NCBI GenBank assembly: GCA_021774795.1
Contig: JAJFIR010000040.1
Coordinates: 10,326 to 74,325 of the forward strand
Reading direction: 5' to 3'
Source of the DNA: Emcibacteraceae bacterium
Lineage (GTDB): Bacteria > Pseudomonadota > Alphaproteobacteria > Sphingomonadales > Emcibacteraceae
DNA: 64,000 nucleotides
The notes under the pieces were generated by a model that searched no databases, was not told the DNA's origin, and saw nothing but the letters and a program-made list of their open reading frames with translations. Each line of letters begins with the position of its first letter. The first letter of the stretch is position 1. The position numbers were made by a program, and so were the translations under genes. This document shows, piece after piece, positions 28,108 to 38,600 of this stretch.

Positions 28108-28817
28108 TAATTTTCCATAATCGGGATGCTACGATCCACATTTATACCAGATGGCGTAATTGTGCAGCTATAGCAATATGCTTCCACACCTTTTTCTTTA
28201 GCTTTTATTAGCGCATCTGCATAAGTAGGGTCGATGTCAGATGCAACATTAAAAAACGTGCAATCCGATCTTTGTACCAAATAAATCATGACGCTGCGGT
28301 GGCCATCATTTACCATGTCGCTTAGTTCCTGAAGATGTTTTGTTCCGCGACTTGTTACCGCATCTGGAAATTCTGCCATGCCATTTTCACGACTTAATGT
28401 AACGCTTTTTACTTCTACATAACAATCCGGTTTACTGGCATCCGGATCACTTAAAAATATATCTATTCGGCTATTTTTCCCATATTTCATTTCCCTGCGC
28501 AAGTTTTTATAATCCGATAATTCACTTATAGTACCATCAATAATCGCGGCTTCGACCAGTTTATTGGGTAGCGACGTATTTATACCAACAAGAGTGTCAT
28601 TTACCTTAACTATTTCCCACTTATAATCGAGTTTCGCTTTTGGGTTGGTAGCCGGTGATAACCAAACTTCATTGCCCTCATCCTTTAAGGTCAGCATCGA
28701 ACCACTATTCGCGCAGTGCGCAGTGACGATGGTGCCATCATCCAGTTTTACATCAGCCAGAAACCTCTTATATCTTTTTATAAGAGTGCCGTGGAAAAGT
28801 TCATGTTCAAATTTCAT
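28107..28817 (-). CDS. sfsA: Sugar fermentation stimulation protein SfsA
   Basis: 236 aa. LIKRYKRFLADVKLDDG..AHCANSGSM and YVEVKSVTL are typical of SfsA. Confidence 0.9.
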   Translation of the reverse strand: MKFEHELFHGTLIKRYKRFLADVKLDDGTIVTAHCANSGSMLTLKDEGNEVWLSPATNPKAKLDYKWEIVKVNDTLVGINTSLPNKLVEAAIIDGTISELSDYKNLRREMKYGKNSRIDIFLSDPDASKPDCYVEVKSVTLSRENGMAEFPDAVTSRGTKHLQELSDMVNDGHRSVMIYLVQRSDCTFFNVASDIDPTYADALIKAKEKGVEAYCYSCTITPSGINVDRSIPIMEN

Positions 28818-28882
28818 AAGCTAGGGTATAATCATATTTCGATCGATATTCAATATCCATGCAATAATAAGTTGAATAAAAT

Positions 28883-29638
28883 ATGGTAAATAAAATCAAA
28901 GCAGCACTGATCATTATTGGCGACGAAATACTCTCGGGTAGAACTCACGATGCGAATTTGAACTATATTGCTTTGTGGTTGGGTGATTTGGGAATCGTTC
29001 TTGATGAAGTGCGGGTGATACCCGATGATGGGGTACGCATTCAAAATGCCGTCAATGAATGTCGACCATCATTTGACTATGTATTTACAACAGGGGGTAT
29101 TGGCCCCACACACGATGATATTACGGCAAAAAATGTAGCAAAGGCGTTTGACGTGCCATTTCTCCTCAATGAAGAAGCGAAACAACTGCTCGAAGACAAT
29201 ATGGGTAAAGGAAACCTGACGGAAGCACGTCTAAGAATGGCTATGATCCCCGAAGGGGCAAGCCTTATTAAAAACCCAGTTAGTGCAGCACCGGGATTTC
29301 AAATTGGCAACGTTTTTGTTATGGCGGGTATACCCATTGTGATGCAAAGTATGTTGCTTGATATCGAGGATCGAATATCAGGCGGTGCAAAAATCATCAC
29401 GAAAACCATCCATGTTTTCGAAGGGGAAAGTTATTTCGCCGATATTTTATCGGAAGTAGAAGAACATTTTGAAAACCTTACGATCGGCAGCTACCCATTT
29501 TATAAAGCCGGCTCTTACGGAGCGACCTTCGTCCTGCGTTCTGTCATCTTGACTGAAGTCGACGACGCCTTAGTTATGCTAGGGGAAAAAATCATTAATC
29601 GTGGGTCAGAATTTTTTGCGGGTGAAGCGGTACTTTAG
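28883..29638 (+). CDS. CinA-like molybdopterin-binding (MoCF_biosynth) domain protein
   Basis: 251 aa with ALIIIGDEILSGRTHDANLNYIA and FTTGGIGPTHDDIT. Confidence 0.85.
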   Translation: MVNKIKAALIIIGDEILSGRTHDANLNYIALWLGDLGIVLDEVRVIPDDGVRIQNAVNECRPSFDYVFTTGGIGPTHDDITAKNVAKAFDVPFLLNEEAKQLLEDNMGKGNLTEARLRMAMIPEGASLIKNPVSAAPGFQIGNVFVMAGIPIVMQSMLLDIEDRISGGAKIITKTIHVFEGESYFADILSEVEEHFENLTIGSYPFYKAGSYGATFVLRSVILTEVDDALVMLGEKIINRGSEFFAGEAVL

Positions 29639-29760
29639 TTCAATATGGCCGAAATTATTAAGAAAATGCTAAAAAAAGTAAAAAAATTGAAACTCCCTGT
29701 TCCATTCGCGCTCAGAATATGTCATACCCTTTTATCGTTTTCCAAACACGAAATATATTG

Positions 29761-29847
29761 GCGCTCGTGGTGAAATTGGTAAACACAGCAGACTTAAAAT
29801 CTGCCGCCCTCACGGGCTTGCCGGTTCAAGTCCGGCCGAGCGCACCA
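29761..29847 (+). tRNA. tRNA-Leu (anticodon UAA)
   Basis: Hand-folded. The acceptor stem is GCGCTCG/CGAGCGC. The anticodon stem GCAGA/TCTGC carries the loop CTTAAAA. There is a long variable arm (CGCCCTCACGGGC). The T arm is GCCGG-TTCAAGT-CCGGC. The discriminator is A and CCA is encoded. Confidence 0.95.
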
Positions 29848-29869
29848 CTTTCTAAAGTTTGATGTAACT

Positions 29870-29896
29870 AATTGATATTAATTAATAATATCAATT
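29870..29896. repeat. 27-nt palindrome (only one G-C pair per stem) 23 nt downstream of tRNA-Leu
   Basis: AATTGATATTA (29870-29880) and TAATATCAATT (29886-29896) are perfect 11-bp arms around the 5-nt centre ATTAA. Confidence 0.7.
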
Positions 29897-30197
29897 ATAG
29901 CTGGCTATCTGAGTTATAAAACGCCGGTATTTTAAAATGTTGTGCTCTTTGTAGCGTCGAACTTTTACATACTTTATGGGTATCAAGCTATTCTAATGTT
30001 GAATGCTGCAGGCATAGCTTAGAATTCAAAATCTCGAGAGCTAAGCGAATATCACATCAATTTTAAGGCTAATTCTTATTCAGAACCAATTGTAATATAA
30101 GGATTTTCATATTTTGTTAACCTTATATATTTATAAAATATGGGATGAAGTATTTCATCGGTGAAACCGTACGACCTTAGTAAAAGTAGCTTTAAAT

Positions 30198-31319
30198 ATG
30201 AACGAGAAACTTTCTTCAAAAAGCTTGATAAAGCTTGCACAGGACAATACAGAAGGATCAAAAAATATCCTAATGGATAATATCACTGATCTTTTCCTGA
30301 GTGAAGAAGGTCGCCTAAACGAACACGAACGAGTGTTGATGAATGATATCCTGGTAAAACTGTTGAAAAATGTTGAAAAATCAATACGTCAGACTTTATC
30401 AGAACGGCTCGCTGAATCGGATGAAATGTCGATCGAACTGGTTACTTTGTTGGCGAACGATCAAATTGAAGTTGCCCGACCGATACTCGAAAAAAGTGAT
30501 CTTCTTCGCGATGAAGATTTGATTGAAACTATTAGAAATAGAACGGACAATCACAGATTATCTATTGCAATTCGGGCGCATGTTAGCACCGAAGTATCAG
30601 AACAACTTATTGAACATGGTAGCGAAGATGTTATTGAAGCATTGGTAAAAAATGAGAATGCCGATATTTCTGAGGCCTCCATTGAGTATTTAGTAGAAGA
30701 ATCAAAGTCAGTTGATCGTTTCCAGGAACCTCTTTTAAACAGAAATGATTTATCGTTTGAGCTCGCACATAAAATGTATTGGTGGGTTTCAGCAGCCCTG
30801 AGAAGAAAAATCGTCGAAGATTTTGATGTCGATGAAACACTGCTGGATGATGCTTTAGAAATGGTTACCAAAAGCACTATTAATAAACATGATGAAGATG
30901 CAGGAGTCATGGCCAAAGCAATTACATTGGTGAAAAAACTCGCAAATGAGAGAAAATTAAATATCGATTTTGTGATTGCGGCACTCAGACAAGAAAAGAT
31001 AAATGTCGCCGTAGCTGGTCTTGCAGAACTTAGTGGATTGGAAGTCAAAGTTATATGGCGCGTTCTAAGGGAGCGATCAGACGAAAGTTTAGCGGTTATA
31101 GCGCGTGCGATTGGTTTGGAGAAAAGTCAATTTTCAACAATGTTTTTATTAGTGCTGCAAACAAATAGTGGACCAAAAGCAAGATCAACATCGATATTAA
31201 ACACAATGTTGAATTTATATGATAGGATAAAGCCGGATAATGCGCGGGCAGCGGTAAGATATTGGCAGCGTGATTTTAGCTATCAGGAAGCACAACTTTC
31301 ATTGAAAAACGCGAGTTAG
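30198..31319 (+). CDS. DUF2336-family protein (paralog A)
   Basis: 373 aa, predicted all-helical repeat protein. The block LANDQIEVARPILEKSDLLRDEDLIETIRNRTDNHRLSIAIR and HKMYWWVSAALRRKIVE is shared with ORF 33866..34981. The family assignment is from memory of alphaproteobacterial DUF2336 proteins. Confidence 0.7.
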   Translation: MNEKLSSKSLIKLAQDNTEGSKNILMDNITDLFLSEEGRLNEHERVLMNDILVKLLKNVEKSIRQTLSERLAESDEMSIELVTLLANDQIEVARPILEKSDLLRDEDLIETIRNRTDNHRLSIAIRAHVSTEVSEQLIEHGSEDVIEALVKNENADISEASIEYLVEESKSVDRFQEPLLNRNDLSFELAHKMYWWVSAALRRKIVEDFDVDETLLDDALEMVTKSTINKHDEDAGVMAKAITLVKKLANERKLNIDFVIAALRQEKINVAVAGLAELSGLEVKVIWRVLRERSDESLAVIARAIGLEKSQFSTMFLLVLQTNSGPKARSTSILNTMLNLYDRIKPDNARAAVRYWQRDFSYQEAQLSLKNAS

Positions 31320-31344
31320 TATGCTTGAATAGTACGGTATAGCA

Positions 31345-33039
31345 TTGAAGAATTGGGAATTTATAGTGCGAAACATTAATAACAAGACTAATCAGACGAT
31401 TATTCCGCTCGAAATTGTTGAAAAATTACGGGCAAAAAAACTGGTCAAGAATCAGTTGGACAAAAGTGATAATCCTACGGTTAAAGATCAAATTCATTCA
31501 CTTATTGCGAAAATGAAATTTGATGAAAACGTGCCTCTTTATGTTTCGACTATTAGTGGTGAACTGGTTTATGTAAATGATGGTTATCGAGCACTTGTAA
31601 GTGACAGTGAGTCGATCGTTGGAATTGTTCATCAACGAAGCGGTGATTACAGATTACCTTCAAGTTTGGTTTCTATTTTGAACGAGGTTCAATTAACACG
31701 CAACAGCGTTACCGTTGAAGAGGATATAAGAATTCATGGTAATATACGGCAATATAGATCTCGCCATTTTCCGATTTGCGATGATGAGGGATACGTCATT
31801 GCTGTTGGAGGCACCTATACGGACTGCACGGATCAACATAGAAATGGGAAAGGTGATGATGCTTCGTTAACGGAACAGCGTTACCGTGATTTTGCCCGTG
31901 CGACATCGGATTGGTATTGGGAAGTCGATAAACAAATGAAACTCACATTTGTTTCTAACAGATTTACGGCGATAACAGGAGTTCCTGCATTTCTGCTCGT
32001 TGGTAAGAAACTTGATGAGATAGGTACTCTTTTAAGCACGTTTGGTGGCGACGAAGTAACGAGCAATGATTTCATGGAGCGAAATTCACCTTTCAGAGAT
32101 CAGCTCTTGGTCCTTAAGGATCAAGAAGGAAACGATCTTTATATTTTCCTTAGTGGTGTGCCAATGTTTGATATGGAGCAAGGTGATTTTCATGGATTCC
32201 GTGGTGCAGGCACAGATGTGACGGATAGCTATAAAGCGAAATCTAAAGCCGCAGATGCGCAGAATTCCTTAAAAGTAACGCTTGACGACCTTAAGGAAAA
32301 AAGACTTCAACTAAATATAGCTACTGCTAAGGCTGAAGAAGCGCTTGAAGCAAAAAGTGATTTCCTGGCAGCGATGAGCCATGAACTTCGCACACCACTA
32401 AATGCGATTATTGGGTTTGCCGAGGCAATGACCATGCAAGCTTTCGGTAGTTTGAACGATCAATATATTTCCTATAGTAGCGATATAATGAACGCTGGTC
32501 GTCATCTTCTGGGCTTAATCAATGATATTTTGGATGTTGCGGTTCTTGAAAGTGGAAAAATTCAGCTCGATACAAGGGATGTTTCGCTGAAAGGTACAAT
32601 AGAACAAGCTTTAAACATGGTTGTAATTGGCGGGAATAAGAAACAAATTGATCTAAGTGAGATTAGAATTGATGAAGATATTACGCTATTTGTTGATGAG
32701 CGTCGTGTTACCCAAATATTTGTTAATTTAATGAGTAACGCGGTTAAATTTACTCCGGAAGGTGGTGCCATTGGCGTTCGCACAGAATTGATGAACAAAA
32801 AAGTTATCGGTGTGACTATATGGGATACCGGTATTGGTATTTCAGAAGGTCAACAGGAACTTGTGTTTGAGAAATTTCATCAGGACCGTGGCCATATTTA
32901 TTCTCGTAAAGAAGAAGGCACAGGTTTAGGATTACATATTTCCAAACATTTGGCAAAACAGATGGATGGTGATATTCGTTTAAAAAGTACCGTCGGTGAG
33001 GGTTCTGAATTTACCGTTTTGCTTCCGCTTTCTCGGTAA
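31345..33039 (+). CDS. Cytoplasmic PAS-domain sensor histidine kinase (no receiver domain, no TM segment)
   Basis: 564 aa with two PAS-like regions (STISGELVYVNDGYRAL; ATSDWYWEVDKQMKLTFVSNRFTAITG), an H-box (SDFLAAMSHELRTPLNAIIGFAEAM), an N-box (NLMSNAVKFTPEGG), G1 (WDTGIGIS) and G2 (GTGLGLHISK). The start is uncertain (TTG 31345). Confidence 0.88.
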   Translation: MKNWEFIVRNINNKTNQTIIPLEIVEKLRAKKLVKNQLDKSDNPTVKDQIHSLIAKMKFDENVPLYVSTISGELVYVNDGYRALVSDSESIVGIVHQRSGDYRLPSSLVSILNEVQLTRNSVTVEEDIRIHGNIRQYRSRHFPICDDEGYVIAVGGTYTDCTDQHRNGKGDDASLTEQRYRDFARATSDWYWEVDKQMKLTFVSNRFTAITGVPAFLLVGKKLDEIGTLLSTFGGDEVTSNDFMERNSPFRDQLLVLKDQEGNDLYIFLSGVPMFDMEQGDFHGFRGAGTDVTDSYKAKSKAADAQNSLKVTLDDLKEKRLQLNIATAKAEEALEAKSDFLAAMSHELRTPLNAIIGFAEAMTMQAFGSLNDQYISYSSDIMNAGRHLLGLINDILDVAVLESGKIQLDTRDVSLKGTIEQALNMVVIGGNKKQIDLSEIRIDEDITLFVDERRVTQIFVNLMSNAVKFTPEGGAIGVRTELMNKKVIGVTIWDTGIGISEGQQELVFEKFHQDRGHIYSRKEEGTGLGLHISKHLAKQMDGDIRLKSTVGEGSEFTVLLPLSR

Positions 33040-33053
33040 ACACAAACAGTCTA

Positions 33054-33827
33054 TTAGCTTATAAACTGCTCATTTAATATTCGTTCTTCTAAGGTATGTT
33101 CTTTATCGAACAATAATGTTTTTACATTTTTTTGATCTTGTTCAATATATACACTTTTGACATTTCTGACCTCAATAATATCCGCTACCGCGCTTACCGG
33201 GCGTTTCTCAGGTTCATTAATTTCAAATAATATTTTTGCAGACTGCGATGTTAAAGCACCGCGCCACCGTCGTGGCCTAAAAGCACTTATGGGCGTCAAC
33301 GCCAAGATATCAGCATGCATCGGAATGATTGGCCCGTGGGCAGACAAGTTGTAAGCTGTGCTGCCAGCGGGAGTAGAAACAAGAACGCCGTCGCAGGCCA
33401 ATTCCGCTAATCTTAATTTATCATCAATAAATATCTTTATTTTTGCCGTTTGCCTTGTTTCCCTTAGTAAAGACACCTCATTAAAAGCCAAAGCCTCAGT
33501 CTTTTCACCGGTAAAGGTTATAGCAGTCATTCTTAACGGCTTCATATGAAAAGGTATAGCATCATTAATACGGTCGGCTAAATTATCCGATGAAAACTCG
33601 TTTAGTAAGAAACCCACGGTCCCCAAATTTAAACCAAATATGGGTTTGTCTATCTCTAAAAGTTCATGAAGTAAATGTAACATATAGCCATCGCCGCCGA
33701 GCGCAACGATGACGTCTGCTTCCTCTATTGATACAAAATCGTAGAGACCAATAAGTTGTTTAACGGCTGTACTAACGGGATGGCTATCCCCGTGAACGAG
33801 AGCGATTTTCATGTCGTTTTGAGACAT
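33054..33827 (-). CDS. nadK: NAD kinase
   Basis: 257 aa with the GGDG motif (IVALGGDGYMLH), NLGTVGFL and STPAGSTAYNLSAHGPI. Confidence 0.93.
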   Translation of the reverse strand: MSQNDMKIALVHGDSHPVSTAVKQLIGLYDFVSIEEADVIVALGGDGYMLHLLHELLEIDKPIFGLNLGTVGFLLNEFSSDNLADRINDAIPFHMKPLRMTAITFTGEKTEALAFNEVSLLRETRQTAKIKIFIDDKLRLAELACDGVLVSTPAGSTAYNLSAHGPIIPMHADILALTPISAFRPRRWRGALTSQSAKILFEINEPEKRPVSAVADIIEVRNVKSVYIEQDQKNVKTLLFDKEHTLEERILNEQFIS

Positions 33828-33865
33828 ATTAAGGCCTAATTTAAATTGGGTGCGTTAATTTGAAT

Positions 33866-34981
33866 CTAGAATATAGGATTACGTATGGAATCTTCAACCC
33901 ATTTATGCAAAATGAGTTTGGCACGTTGTTCATCCGTATTTACAAATTGATTATAGGTGTGCTCTATTTCGGTCTCCGATAACTCGGTCTCCATCATTTT
34001 TGCTTCCCGTGTTAAGCGGTACATGGTCAGAAAAACAGATTTATCTATTTTTGCCGCGCAGCAAGATATAGCAAGAGCAGCCGGGCCGCGTTCATAGAGT
34101 ATATTGCACATGATATCCCGGGGTACATTCAGTATTTCCGCAAAAGCTAACTCAAACAAACTTATATTTCCCTGGCGCAAACTTTTCATGAGAAACGAGA
34201 TATGCAGCTTGTTTGCTTTCTTTAACTTTTTAATTAGATTTTCTTCTGCATCTACCGGGTTTTCTTGCGAACTATCTTCTTCAATCATTTCTTCAACAGA
34301 AGAAGAAATTGCTTCATCAAGATCCTTTTTCGAGAAATTATGAATCTCGAGCAATTCTTCCCGAAGAGACATTGATACCCAGCTATACATTCTAGCTGCA
34401 ATATCATTGGGAAGATCATGACGGCGAATAAGCGGAGGTTGCAAAACCTCCCTATCTTTTGCCTTACTTACAATTTTTTCGATCGTTTCGTTGTCGATCT
34501 TTGCCGCCTGATTGGTAAGCATAGTAACAATAACGCCATCGTCGTCAGTATTAACAAGCTCTCTACATACGTCAGAAGAAAGCATCTTTCTTGACGCAAT
34601 GCTCAACTGATGTTGTCGTGATTTTCTCTGTATAATTGCGACCAGCTCTTTGTCCGTTAATAGCGTGTTTTGGATAAGAATTGGGTTGGCTACTTCAATC
34701 TGATCATTAGCGAGCAAAAGAACCATTTCAACAGGCAGGTCATCACGATCCGCTAGTTTTACAGAAAGCTTTTTTCTTATGCCGAGTTCTATGTCGGTTA
34801 TAATTGTGCCCAATATATCCATCATCAAATCTACTTCTTTTGCAGAAATTTGTTGATGGCTGGTTTCGATTAGGTCAGTTATGCCCTCGAACAGTTCGTT
34901 CCTGCCTGATTGAGAATTATCATGGGCAAGCTTCATCAGGTTTTGAATTTCTTGCTCTGTATTATTTATTATGTCGCTCAT
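33866..34981 (-). CDS. DUF2336-family protein (paralog B)
   Basis: 371 aa, collinear with paralog A (LANDQIEVANPILIQNTLLTDKELVAIIQRKSRQHQLSIASR; ARMYSWVSMSLREELLE). By eye the two are about one-third identical. Confidence 0.7.
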   Translation of the reverse strand: MSDIINNTEQEIQNLMKLAHDNSQSGRNELFEGITDLIETSHQQISAKEVDLMMDILGTIITDIELGIRKKLSVKLADRDDLPVEMVLLLANDQIEVANPILIQNTLLTDKELVAIIQRKSRQHQLSIASRKMLSSDVCRELVNTDDDGVIVTMLTNQAAKIDNETIEKIVSKAKDREVLQPPLIRRHDLPNDIAARMYSWVSMSLREELLEIHNFSKKDLDEAISSSVEEMIEEDSSQENPVDAEENLIKKLKKANKLHISFLMKSLRQGNISLFELAFAEILNVPRDIMCNILYERGPAALAISCCAAKIDKSVFLTMYRLTREAKMMETELSETEIEHTYNQFVNTDEQRAKLILHKWVEDSIRNPIF

Positions 34982-35138
34982 TAACTACTGTACCAGAAAT
35001 TATATTTGCAAAATGCAAATCATTATTGTTTCAAGGATAAATGTCTGTGTCACTACAAGTATAGGGGCAAATAGTTAAGAAAATATATCATATGAGCTTA
35101 TATGATGAATTGGTATAGAATCTACTGACGTGATATCG

Positions 35139-35558
35139 TTACTTGATAATATCTAAAGCACTTTCCTGTATTTCTGACAAGGTGCGTAATACGGTGATAT
35201 TTGCTTTATAAGCGTGTTTTGCCTTTATTAGTTCAGAGAACTCAACAGCCGGGTCGACATTTGGAACATCAATAAACCCTTGTTCATTTGAAACAGGATT
35301 TTCCGGACTAAAAACACTTAAAGATGAAGGACTTATAGGTACCTTAGAGGCTATAACTCCGCCATTCTTGCTTGACGAATTAACAATCCTTTCCGGTACA
35401 TAAGCGCGAGTTGAGCGGAGTGCCGCAGTGGATGTATCACCACCAACAGGCGTTGAGGTATTATAAGCATTAACGATGTTATTAGCCGCAGTTGTGGCCC
35501 TCGTAGATGCTGCTAATAATCCAGACAAACTTGTGCTTATTCCATTAATCATGGCCAA
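35139..35558 (-). CDS. FlgC-like flagellar basal-body rod family protein (orphan)
   Basis: 139 aa with an N-terminal rod motif (ISTSLSGLLAASTRATTAANNIVNAYNT) and a C-terminal rod motif (GFIDVPNVDPAVEFSELIKAKHAYKANITVL...ALDI). No other flagellar structural gene is adjacent. Confidence 0.6.
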   Translation of the reverse strand: MAMINGISTSLSGLLAASTRATTAANNIVNAYNTSTPVGGDTSTAALRSTRAYVPERIVNSSSKNGGVIASKVPISPSSLSVFSPENPVSNEQGFIDVPNVDPAVEFSELIKAKHAYKANITVLRTLSEIQESALDIIK

Positions 35559-35609
35559 AGAATAGAAAAAATCTGCTAAATATCTGTTAAGAGATACGAA
35601 AAATTTTAA

Positions 35610-38600
35610 CTATTTGGAATATTCTGCTTCAGCGATTTTTGCGAGTGCTCTTGAGAGATTTAGTGATCCGGCCAACCGACTTTCTATTCTTGACCATTTT
35701 CGCGCATAAACCAGTTTATGATCTGGCCTAATTTTAGTGACAGTATCTTGTTTGGTTAGAAATTCTATTAATCCAGCCGGATTGGCAAATTTTGAGTTTC
35801 TAAAAGATATTATTGCGCCTTTAGGCCCGGTTTCAATTTTCTCAATGCCAGCTCTTCTACAAAATTGTTTGATTTCTATTATTTTGAGAAGATGTTCTGC
35901 TTCTTCGGGCAGTTTGCCAAATCGATCAATAAGCTCCGCGCCAAATGCGTCTATATCGTTCTTATCTATAAGCTCACCAATTCTTCTATATAGTGACATC
36001 CTCAAATTCAAATCCGTAACGTAATGTTCCGGAATCATAACAGTTGCGCCGACATTAATTTGCGGAGACCATATTTCGGTGTCATCATTATCAATCGGTC
36101 CTGATTTTGCATGGGCCACTGCTTCTTCTAACATTTGTTGATAAAGTTCGATGCCTACTTCTTTAATATGTCCGGATTGCTCATCACCAAGGAGGTTTCC
36201 TGCGCCCCGAATATCAAGATCATGACTGGCGAGACTAAAACCGGCTCCAAGAGTGTCCAATGTCTGTAGAACATGTAATCTCTTTTCAGCTTGTTGTGTT
36301 GGGATGCGGCGCGGTGGTAGAGTGAGATAAGCGTACGCCCTTACCTTTGAGCGGCCAACCCGTCCCCTCAATTGATAAAGTTGTGCAAGCCCATAATTAT
36401 CGGCCCGGTGTATAATCATGGTGTTTGCGGTCGGGATATCAAGGCCGCTTTCGACAATTGTCGTGGAAAGAAGCACGTCATAGGCACCGTCGTAAAAAGC
36501 ATTCATAATATCTTCTATTTGACCGGGAGCCATTTGCCCGTGTGCGGTGACGACTTTTACTTCAGGGACGGTTTCATTTAAAAACTCGCAAACTTCCTTG
36601 AGATCGGAAATTCTGGGGCAGACATAAAAACTCTGTCCGCCGCGATAATGTTCTCGTAGCAGTGCCTCCCTTATTACCAGATCATCCATAGGAAGCACAA
36701 ACGTTCTAACAGCCAATCTGTCGACGGGTGGTGTCGCGATAAGACTTAATCCCTGAACGCCACTCATGGCGAGTTGCAATGTTCTGGGAATTGGTGTTGC
36801 TGTTAATGTCAATACATGGACGTTACTTTTTAATTTTTTAAGCTGCTCCTTATGGCCAACGCCAAAATGCTGTTCTTCATCGATAATTAGCAACCCCAAA
36901 TTGTTAAAGGCGACTGTTTTACCGAGCACGGCATGAGTTCCGATCAGAATTTCACAATTCCCTTTTGCTACTTCTTCTTTAGTGAGATTTCTTTGTTTTA
37001 GGGGGACAAGCCGTGAAAGATGGCCTATTTTGACGTTTAGGCCGCTAAATCTTTCAACAAATGTTTTATAGTGCTGACGGGCGAGCAATGTTGTCGGTGC
37101 GACAATGGCAACTTGGAAACCTTCCATGACCGCCAGAAAAGCGGACCTTAACGCGACTTCGGTCTTACCAAAGCCGACATCGCCGCAAATGAGCCTGTCC
37201 ATTGGGCGCCCGCTAGACATGTCTTCAATAACATCTGAAATTGCTCTATGCTGATCATCGGTTTCATTATAGGGAAAGCGTGCGCAAAATTCGTTATAAA
37301 GTCCATCCGCAGGCTTCATAACTTCGCCTTTGCGAAGCGCACGTTCTGCCGCAACTTTAATGAGTTCATCCGCCATTTCTCGAATGCGTTTTTTAAGTTT
37401 GGCTTTTCTTCCTTGCCATGCCGCTCCGCCTAACTTATCAAGCTTTCCGTCACTTTCTTCGTTGCCGTAACGGCTTAGAATTTCAATGTTTTCAACCGGA
37501 ACGTATAATTTGTCGCCGCCATGATAGGTAAGCAGTACACAATCATGCGCAGCGCCGCCGACGGCGATGGTTTTAAGATCGACATATCTGCCTATACCGT
37601 GATCCATGTGAATGACCAAATCACCAGGTGTAAGGGAGGAAGCTTCAGAAATGAAGTTTTCTGCTTTACGTGAACGGCGAACTTTTCGGATCAGCCGATC
37701 ACCCAAAATGTCTTGTTCAGAAATCATCACGAATTTGTCAGTTTCAAAACCGTGCTCAAGTGGCAAAATAATCAAGCCGATTGTATCTTTTGGCAGGTGT
37801 TTTGTGCTCTGCCAATTGTCTAGAATTTTATATCTTGCCATACCATGATCATTCAGAACAATGCCAAGGCGATCGCGTGCACCAAAGCTATAGCTCGCTA
37901 TAATTATCTTTTTTCCGCTTTCCTGAACGGCGATTATATGCGTTCGAAGGGCGTCATAAATATTAATGTTTTTGTCATTGCGTTCGGGCGCAAAGTTGCG
38001 ACCTGCATGTCCGTCATACTTTCGCACATCTTGACCTAGCGGCGCGTCGAAAGGGTTAAATTGATGTATTTTAAATTTTTCCGCATGTTCCTGCCATTCT
38101 GCGCCAGTTAGAAATAATAGTTCAGGGGGTACTGGCTTATAGGTCGCTATGGGACTATTTTTTTGAGGACTATTAGAATACGCAGATTTTCGCGCAAGAT
38201 AATAATCTGAAATTGCACTTAATCTTGTTTCTAGGGCTTCCGTGGTCAAATTGTCCATCGTCACTAGCGCATCCGGAAGATAATCAAATATAGTTTCTAA
38301 TTTTTCATGGAAAAAAGGCAGCCAATGTTCCATGCCAGCATGCTTGCGGCCATCAGTCACCGCTTCATATAACGGATCATTGCCGCGCGCCGTGCCAAAC
38401 TCGGTCACATATGCCTTGCGAAAGCGGCTAATTGAGACCTGATCAAGAAATATTTCTCCCATCGGAACAAGTTCGGTATGATCAATTTTCTGTTCTGTTC
38501 TTTGGCTGGCGGCATCAAATAATTTTATGGTATCGACTTCATCACCCCATAAATCTATTCGTATCGGCTTTTTTGATCCCGGGGGGAATATATCTATAAT

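Noticed and set aside
35087-35106. Inverted repeat ATCATAT-gagctt-ATATGAT between the FlgC-like gene and DUF2336-B.
   Set aside because: It is a 7-bp, almost purely A/T stem in AT-rich DNA and is expected by chance. It was noted only as a possible weak operator or terminator.
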